Shown here piece after piece: positions 46,282 through 51,694 of a DNA stretch of 51,694 nucleotides. Both the position numbers and the translations under genes were made by a program. The notes under the pieces were generated by a model that worked only from the letters and a program-made list of their open reading frames with translations, was not told the DNA's origin and made no database searches. Every line of letters starts with the position of its first letter. Position 1 is the first letter of the stretch. The DNA is from Bacteroides uniformis (GTDB taxonomy: Bacteria > Bacillota_I > Bacilli_A > RFN20 > CAG-288), in the NCBI GenBank assembly GCA_963600815.1, contig CAVCCX010000007.1, positions 1 to 51,694 on the forward strand, given 5' to 3'.

Positions 46282-47559
46282 TCAATCCTTCAATGCCGTA
46301 ATCGGGAAGATATACACTCCGTCCTTATTCTGGTAGATCTTATTTCCGACACCATAGATGACACATTTCATCAAGGGTGCCTTTCCTCCATTTTCTACAA
46401 TGTCATCGACGACCTTGACTAAGTTTGCTGCTCCTTCCTCGGCTTTATTGATTCCGAGTTTGATCTCAATAGCACACCACGAACCATCCTCAAGTTCCAG
46501 CACTGCATCGATTTCATTCCCCTTATAGTCCTGATAATGGAAAAGCTTGGCATGAATGGCTGCCGCATAAATCGATAGATCTCTTTCCACCATTCCCTCA
46601 AAGAGGAATCCCATAGTATTGAGATCGCTCAGCATTTTCTTTGGCGTCAGATTGAGCATCGCACAGGCCATGGCCGGATCCGCAAAATGTCTTTTTTCCA
46701 TTTGCTTCACGCGAAGAGACGAACCGATATTGACGGAAAATGGTTCCTGATTATTCAATAGGAACATTCGATCGAACGCATTGAGATACTTGATCAAAGT
46801 ATTCTTGCTGATGGATTCCTTGTCATTTTCAATGATATCATTCAATATACTCTGATTCGATGCGGTGGTCGATTCATTCCGGGCCAAGGATTTGAGAATC
46901 AATTTTGTTTTTTGTTCATTATAGTCAATCTCCTTATCTAGTTTATGCAGGTCTGTCTTGATCACATTTTCCATATATCCGATAGCTACTTCATTGCATT
47001 CTTCAGCAGGTATTCCGATGTTTCCAGGCCAACCGCCTCTTATGATCAGATAAGCCAATTTCTCAAGAGTCGTTCCTTCAATTATCTGTGGCTGAAATTT
47101 CTGTTCACATAAACCCTTCAAAGAGACAAGACCAGTCGAATCCCCGGATTCATACAAGGACATCGTATTCATCCTGATGCTTTTGATTCTTCCTGTTCCG
47201 CTATGCAGAATTCCTTTTTCCTGCGGTGTGGATGAACCTGTCAGAAGAAGAAGGCCTTTTTCCGCTTTCTGATCGACAAAGGCGCGAGCCGCATCCCAAA
47301 GAAGGGGAACCTCCTGCCATTCATCAATCAGACGTGGCGCCTTTCCTTCCAATACGGAATAAGGCTCCATTTCCGCGAATGCTCGATTCGAAAAATTACC
47401 GGTTGGATCACCGACTAAAAATTCACTGTTTGCATGATATCTCGATGTCCAGGTCTTTCCACACCATTTCGGTCCTTCGATACAAACAGCGCCAAAGATT
47501 TTTAAATATCTCTCAATCGTTTGATCAATAATTCTCGGCCTATAATTTTCTTCTTTCAT
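46282..47559 (-). CDS. AAA_14 ATPase / DUF4143 (PD-(D/E)xK-like) protein
   Basis: ATG 47559 lies 7 nt after GGAGG. P-loop GPKWCGKTW, Walker B-like RLIDEWQ, C-terminal GNEIDAVLELEDGSWCAIEIKLG. Confidence 0.8.
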   Translation of the reverse strand: MKEENYRPRIIDQTIERYLKIFGAVCIEGPKWCGKTWTSRYHANSEFLVGDPTGNFSNRAFAEMEPYSVLEGKAPRLIDEWQEVPLLWDAARAFVDQKAEKGLLLLTGSSTPQEKGILHSGTGRIKSIRMNTMSLYESGDSTGLVSLKGLCEQKFQPQIIEGTTLEKLAYLIIRGGWPGNIGIPAEECNEVAIGYMENVIKTDLHKLDKEIDYNEQKTKLILKSLARNESTTASNQSILNDIIENDKESISKNTLIKYLNAFDRMFLLNNQEPFSVNIGSSLRVKQMEKRHFADPAMACAMLNLTPKKMLSDLNTMGFLFEGMVERDLSIYAAAIHAKLFHYQDYKGNEIDAVLELEDGSWCAIEIKLGINKAEEGAANLVKVVDDIVENGGKAPLMKCVIYGVGNKIYQNKDGVYIFPITALKD

Positions 47560-47590
47560 ATCGATGCCTCCAGACACTGATTTGCATATG

Positions 47591-47619
47591 ATTCTACACC
47601 ATTGACCGATTTTTTTCAA
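47591..47619 (-). promoter_or_regulatory. candidate promoter of the intact ATPase gene
   Basis: Minus strand reads TTGAAA (47619..47614), 17-nt spacer, TAGAAT (47596..47591). The spacer contains the core of repeat unit 1. Confidence 0.45.
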
Positions 47620-47690
47620 TCGAACTGACCCATATTTTGAAGCAAAACTGACCGATATTTCGATACCATTTTGACCGATTTTTTAACGTG
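47599..47690. repeat. four tandem 23-bp-period direct repeats with core TGACCGAT(A/T)TTT
   Basis: Cores start at 47603, 47626 (TGACCCAT), 47649 and 47672, exactly 23 bp apart. Only the first 12-14 nt of each unit are conserved. Confidence 0.85.
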
Positions 47691-47765
47691 CCCCGGTAAA
47701 TATCTTGAAATGACTGCATTGTTATGACTGGACAAACTCAGTCCACAAAAACTGATTCTGATTTC

Positions 47766-47783
47766 ATATGTGAATTCACATAT
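47766..47783. repeat. perfect 18-bp palindrome ATATGTGAATTCACATAT
   Basis: Read directly from the sequence. It lies in the 440-bp intergenic region between the TetR 3' end and the ATPase promoter. Confidence 0.9.
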
Positions 47784-47999
47784 CTTGTGTAGGGGAAGAC
47801 ATGCATCTTCAACTTGATTGACTCGATTGCTACAACATATATTTCCTATATCCTCATTTTATATTTTTTGACTGAATACGCAATCAAAAAGAACCATAAA
47901 TGACCATGAAAGATATAGGTAGGCCATCAATGGTTCGAAAAAAGTTCGTATTGTTCAAAAATAATGTGGAAAAACATCCAAACTCCGTCTACTATGAAA

Positions 48000-48560
48000 T
48001 CATTCCTTTTCGAATTTGGAAAGGAGCCATTCCGTCTCTCCACCTAAGAGGGTTTCGATTTTGCTTAGGACAAGAGCATAATCCACTTTCATTCCATCCT
48101 TGATCCAGTCAAGGACGGTTCCGATGAGAAGATGCTTATAGCACTGGGAGACGAAGATAAGATTCTCTTCTTCGACCTTATGGCCTGTCGCCTCTTCATT
48201 GACGACATGATACGTCAATTGGTAGACAATGGGATCGAGGACATTTTCGACATTCCCTCTGGAATTGAACTTATAGGCGTTGATGACGAGTTCCTTATAC
48301 TTCACACAGACTTCGAAGATATTCTTCATTCCGGTCATCCAAGTGGTGCTTTCATATTTTCCATCCAGTGCCTTGGAAAATTCACTCTTCAGGGCATAAT
48401 CCAGAAGAGCATAGATATCCTCAAAATGATAGTAGAACGTCATGCGGTTGATACCGACCATATCGGTGATATCCGAGATGGTGATCTTCTTGAGCGGCTT
48501 TTCGGAAATCAGTTTCAGAAAGGCCATTTCGATTGCTCTCTTGGTTACTTCATTTGCCAT
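48000..48560 (-). CDS. TetR/AcrR-family transcriptional regulator
   Basis: 186 aa. N-terminal HTH KITISDITDMVGINRMTFYYHFEDIYALL. Confidence 0.85.
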   Translation of the reverse strand: MANEVTKRAIEMAFLKLISEKPLKKITISDITDMVGINRMTFYYHFEDIYALLDYALKSEFSKALDGKYESTTWMTGMKNIFEVCVKYKELVINAYKFNSRGNVENVLDPIVYQLTYHVVNEEATGHKVEEENLIFVSQCYKHLLIGTVLDWIKDGMKVDYALVLSKIETLLGGETEWLLSKFEKE

Positions 48561-48573
48561 GGTTTTTCTTTCC

Positions 48574-48597
48574 TATTCATGAATTCTTATCCATTAT
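48574..48597 (-). promoter_or_regulatory. candidate TetR promoter -10 element and palindromic operator
   Basis: Minus-strand TATAAT at 48597..48592. The 10-bp palindrome ATTCATGAAT at 48574..48583 lies between it and the ATG. Confidence 0.35.
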
Positions 48598-48621
48598 AGA
48601 ACGATTTCTTTTCAAGTGTTC

Positions 48622-49776
48622 CTATTTGAGAATGAATTCGAGCGTGGAAGGCTGATGATCAGAATAGGCAAAGCCATTCTCTCCGAGTTTCGTGGTATAG
48701 ACTTTCTTGACTTCGATGTTCATCGAAGCGATGAAGCCATCCAGAGTCGAGACAAAGGTCGAACCAGGCGTATAGACGACATCGCAATCCCGGCAGCTCG
48801 GAAGATTGTCGGCAGCATAGACCTTGAATCCATCATCGAAGGGAGAAGTGCCATCCTCTTCGAAGATATAACTGAGCCAATCCGGCTTGAGTTGGTCAAT
48901 CTGATCCTTGTAGGCATAATTCGTCCTATCATATTGTGGATAATCCGGATTTCCTGTGATCATATCGTGATTGAAGTCACCGGCTGTCAGGACATAGTTT
49001 CCCTTGTCTGCCTCTTCCTTCATGAAGGAATAGAGTTCATGAATCTGCGTATTGCGGATTGTACCCCCTTCATCATAGGCCGACATATGAGAATTGATCA
49101 GGACAAGTTGTTTTCCATCTTCGACCTCGATGCGATTGACGCTGAAGCAGCGATCGAGATCGAAGAATTTGGAAAACGAAGTGGAGATCGTATATTCCTT
49201 TCTTTGGCTATCCTTGATTGCATAGCTCGAGAGCGTCGACATGCCCGCCTTGGATTTACCATGGGGAGACGTAATGGGATAGAAAAGATAGGCGGAATCA
49301 TAGTCGATGGCAAAAGTGCTATCATATCCTTCGAAGGAGGATTCGATCATCTGCTGCTGATTGATGTGATAGGCACGGGTAGAATCCACATCGACTTCCT
49401 GGACAAAATAGAAATCACTGTCAAGACTCTTCATCGCCTTAATCGAGCCGTTGATGTTATTTAAGACATCCTCCTTGGAGATGCCTCTTGAATAGGTTCC
49501 CTTAGTGACATTTCCATCCTTGTCATATCCCGTATCCATGAAGAAGGTATAATTCGAGGAATAGGCCCCGAAGCCGATGTTGAACGTCGTCAAAGAGAGT
49601 TCCTCATTTTTCTTCACCGTCTCCTTATTGGAATTGGAAGTGACATCTAAGGAAACGTTTCCAATTCTCTTATAGGATAAAAAGACGTAGGATACATATC
49701 CACCGATTGTCAATAGGGGCAATCCGATGATCAAGGAAAGGGAAATGGCAATGATTCTTTTTGTTTTCTTTTTCAT
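48622..49776 (-). CDS. membrane-anchored endonuclease/exonuclease/phosphatase (EEP) family protein
   Basis: 384 aa. N-terminal TM segment. Motifs TTFNIGFG, FVQEVD, INSHMSAY, AGDFNHD and YSDHQP. Confidence 0.8.
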   Translation of the reverse strand: MKKKTKRIIAISLSLIIGLPLLTIGGYVSYVFLSYKRIGNVSLDVTSNSNKETVKKNEELSLTTFNIGFGAYSSNYTFFMDTGYDKDGNVTKGTYSRGISKEDVLNNINGSIKAMKSLDSDFYFVQEVDVDSTRAYHINQQQMIESSFEGYDSTFAIDYDSAYLFYPITSPHGKSKAGMSTLSSYAIKDSQRKEYTISTSFSKFFDLDRCFSVNRIEVEDGKQLVLINSHMSAYDEGGTIRNTQIHELYSFMKEEADKGNYVLTAGDFNHDMITGNPDYPQYDRTNYAYKDQIDQLKPDWLSYIFEEDGTSPFDDGFKVYAADNLPSCRDCDVVYTPGSTFVSTLDGFIASMNIEVKKVYTTKLGENGFAYSDHQPSTLEFILK

Positions 49777-49810
49777 AGTGTTGATTGTCTTTCTTTTAAG
49801 GATAATATAG

Positions 49811-49870
49811 CAAAAAGAAAAGGCAGAACAAAGAAGAAGGAAGCAAATGTTTCATTTTCTCTGTTCTGCC
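49811..49870 (-). terminator. terminator of the LytTR-DUF3021 operon
   Basis: Minus strand: GGCAGAACA pairs with TGTTCTGCC (9 bp, extendable to about 14), followed by TTTTCTTTTT. Confidence 0.55.
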
Positions 49871-49889
49871 ACGAAGGATATTTTTCCGT

Positions 49890-50303
49890 CTACAGTTTCT
49901 GATTCAGCTGATTCTTCAGCCTTCTTGTCAGAAAATAGGTCAAAAGCCAGACAAGGAGGAAACCGACGATGACAATTGCTGAGAAGATGAGAATGACTTC
50001 CCATCGGATTTCGATCCACGAATTGACTAGGTAAGTAAAGAGATAGGCAAAATAGACAACCAGCATATGGATAAGCAGACTTTTGAAGCAGGAGAATTCC
50101 TCAATCTGCTCAAAGACGCTTGCCCCAGCCTGAACGAAAGCCAGGAAATAGGAAGTGAGGATAGCAACAAAGATCTGATAGCCTTCCAGCTTCAATTCCG
50201 TTCCGGCAAAGCCGATGATCATATAGACGAATCCTGCGATAATGGGTCCTAGGCCTCCAAACAAGGCCCCTCTTTTGAGAAATTCAAACACATATTTTTT
50301 CAT
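49890..50303 (-). CDS. DUF3021-type four-TM membrane protein, putative LytTR inhibitor partner
   Basis: 137 aa with four hydrophobic segments. ATGA overlap with the upstream LytTR gene. Confidence 0.7.
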   Translation of the reverse strand: MKKYVFEFLKRGALFGGLGPIIAGFVYMIIGFAGTELKLEGYQIFVAILTSYFLAFVQAGASVFEQIEEFSCFKSLLIHMLVVYFAYLFTYLVNSWIEIRWEVILIFSAIVIVGFLLVWLLTYFLTRRLKNQLNQKL

Positions 50304-50737
50304 TTGATTCCGATCCTTTCTTTCAGTGTTCTGATTTTTCTTCTCGAAACAAAATCCTTTGTCCCATCCTTGAGATACACGACAAGATTCCCATTCCAGG
50401 ATGTATCGAACCTTGCGATATGATGGATGTTGACAAGGGCATACCGATTGATCTGGATGAAGTCTTTTCCAAGGATTTCTTCCAATGAAGAGATTTTCTC
50501 CTTGATCTGGTACTTTCTTTTTTCGACATGGGCAATCGTCTTTTCTTCCTCAATCGAAATATAGGAAATCTCATCAAGGTCAAGAGAGACGATATCCTTC
50601 TCCAGATACCCGAAAAGGTTCTTTGCCTGAATTGTCTTCCCTTGGCAGAGATTTTCGATTTTGTCGATCAAGGGTGTTCTTTCCTTCGAATAGGCACAGA
50701 CTTTTTCTTCATCCGAGACGATGAATTCGAATGTCAT
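50300..50737 (-). CDS. stand-alone LytTR DNA-binding domain protein with no receiver domain
   Basis: 145 aa. LytTR-type C-terminus FIQINRYALVNIHHIARFD...LKDGTKDFVSRRK. Confidence 0.8.
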   Translation of the reverse strand: MTFEFIVSDEEKVCAYSKERTPLIDKIENLCQGKTIQAKNLFGYLEKDIVSLDLDEISYISIEEEKTIAHVEKRKYQIKEKISSLEEILGKDFIQINRYALVNIHHIARFDTSWNGNLVVYLKDGTKDFVSRRKIRTLKERIGIK

Positions 50738-50799
50738 CTTCGTTTTCCTCCTTTCGAGAGAGAGTATGCCTTATTTTCACTCGTGAGTCACAAAAAGAA

Positions 50800-50829
50800 G
50801 GTGAATGGTTGTTTTCTAAGGGTGAATGG
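50800..50829 (-). promoter_or_regulatory. pair of 9-bp direct repeats; candidate LytTR binding site
   Basis: GGTGAATGG at 50800..50808 and at 50821..50829, separated by a 12-nt spacer. They lie 63-92 nt upstream of the LytTR ATG. Confidence 0.55.
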
Positions 50830-50883
50830 AATCAAGGCAAATTCCCTATCTCGTTTGATTTTAAAATCGAGAGTTCACAATCA

Positions 50884-50934
50884 GAAAATAAAAATACTTT
50901 CATGCTAACATCATCAACGAAATTAGCATGAAAG
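50884..50934 (-). terminator. terminator of the vWA gene
   Basis: CTTTCATGCTAA / TTAGCATGAAAG form a 12-bp perfect stem with a 14-nt loop. TATTTTTATTTTC follows on the minus strand. Confidence 0.7.
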
Positions 50935-50954
50935 TAAAGCCCGCATTCTTTCCC

Positions 50955-51694
50955 TTATAGCAAGGAAGCGGCTGAAATCTCTGTCGCGATGGAAGAAGCC
51001 ACCTCATCGAAGGCAGAGGAAAGATCGGATAGATCGACCTTGATTCCGCCATGGGAGGAAATCTTATCCAGGAATTCCTTATCAGCCTTGGCTGTGCCGA
51101 TTCCATAGATGATGATTCCGTCCTGCTTGGCTTTATCCGCATACTTGATTTCGGCATCCTGATGGACCCATTTTCCATCCGTAAGAAGAACAAGGAACCT
51201 TAGGCCAGACCCCTGGAAATCCTTAGCGAACTTTCCGACCGGGCAGGAAAGATTTCCTGTTCCGACATTTCCTGTCTTCAGCATGGAAACGGCATTTCTG
51301 ACAGCAGCGAAATTACTCGTATTTTGTATGACATATTGTGTCGAATTGGCGAATTCACCAAAAGAGATTTTGATATTCTGCTGTTTCTCGAATTTCCTTA
51401 GGAAGTTCAAAGCTTCCCTCTTGGCTTCCTCAAGCGGCTGTCCTTTCATCGAACTGGAAGTATCGATCACAACGGTGAGTTCGATCGGCACATTTCCATT
51501 TCCCGCAGATGAGGAATTTCCTTTTCGATTGAGCATCTCGAGAATTTCCTCGACGGTCTTATCGCATTTCTGTTTTTCTGCTCTGAGAGTATTTTTTTGT
51601 TCATCCACAGCCGAAACCTCGACGATGCCATTCGAATTATAAAGGAAATTGACGACGATTTTTCCATCGCCAGACGTGCTCATGCCGGAGATGA
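50955..51694 (-). CDS. C-terminal part of a larger protein: Hsp70-substrate-binding-like segment fused to a von Willebrand factor A domain; 5' end lies outside the window
   Basis: The frame is open to the window edge. GKIVVNFLYNSNGIVEVSAVDEQ resembles the Hsp70 beta-sandwich end. vWA MIDAS motif VVIDTSSSM, plus LVLLTDG. Confidence 0.65.
   Translation of the reverse strand, partial: ISGMSTSGDGKIVVNFLYNSNGIVEVSAVDEQKNTLRAEKQKCDKTVEEILEMLNRKGNSSSAGNGNVPIELTVVIDTSSSMKGQPLEEAKREALNFLRKFEKQQNIKISFGEFANSTQYVIQNTSNFAAVRNAVSMLKTGNVGTGNLSCPVGKFAKDFQGSGLRFLVLLTDGKWVHQDAEIKYADKAKQDGIIIYGIGTAKADKEFLDKISSHGGIKVDLSDLSSAFDEVASSIATEISAASLL

Noticed and set aside
47599-47690. The 23-bp periodic repeats as a CRISPR array.
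   Set aside because: There are only four units. The conserved core is about 12 nt with about 11 nt of variable sequence, far below CRISPR repeat and spacer sizes. No cas genes are present, and the array overlaps a promoter.
44443-48000. Calling the ATPase island a mobile genetic element.
   Set aside because: No integrase, transposase, flanking direct repeats or tRNA attachment site could be identified by eye. Only the compositional shift and accessory gene content support foreign origin.
1-51694. Mollicutes-type genetic code (TGA = Trp), considered because of the r-protein extensions and the missing L30.
   Set aside because: Many genes in the window terminate at TGA at expected lengths (for example the upstream ABC subunit, nth and map). 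Trp is encoded by TGG in conserved positions.

Overview
This 51.7-kb window is a chromosomal segment of a moderate-GC Bacillota-type bacterium using the standard genetic code (TGA is a stop, Trp is TGG). Gene order resembles Bacilli/Erysipelotrichia, but that placement is inference only.

Housekeeping part (1..32573):
- a partial isochorismatase-family gene
- a two-gene heterodimeric ABC exporter
- the rimP-nusA-ylxR-ylxQ-infB-rbfA operon on the + strand, preceded by a promoter and a leader terminator
- a convergent dnaD-nth-truB-ribF block
- a short CCA/poly(A)-polymerase-family gene, then hup, the cmk-der-gpsA block, and a lone tRNA-Thr(CGU)
- the complete S10-spc-alpha ribosomal protein cluster on the - strand (rpsJ through rplQ). 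rpmD (L30) is absent, rpmJ was missed by the ORF track, and many r-proteins carry low-complexity extensions.

Accessory part (32574..51694):
- a methyltransferase-fold gene
- a tightly coupled three-gene operon: a solute-binding-like lipoprotein, a 1215-aa BspA-type LRR lipoprotein, and a 1057-aa GGDEF-TM-sensor-TM-degenerate GGDEF-EAL protein
- oleate hydratase
- an A+T-richer stretch with two AAA_14/DUF4143 ATPase-nuclease paralogs. One is interrupted by a single in-frame TAG. Each is preceded by a periodic direct-repeat array.
- a TetR regulator and a membrane-anchored EEP-family hydrolase
- a LytTR/DUF3021 regulatory pair with AgrA-style 9-bp direct repeats
- a partial Hsp70-like/vWA fusion gene at the right edge

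No rRNA genes, CRISPR arrays, transposases or integrases were seen. The best candidates for an undescribed system are the lipoprotein/LRR/c-di-GMP operon and the repeat-flanked DUF4143 ATPase-nuclease pair. All functional calls rest on motif recognition by eye; no database search was run.
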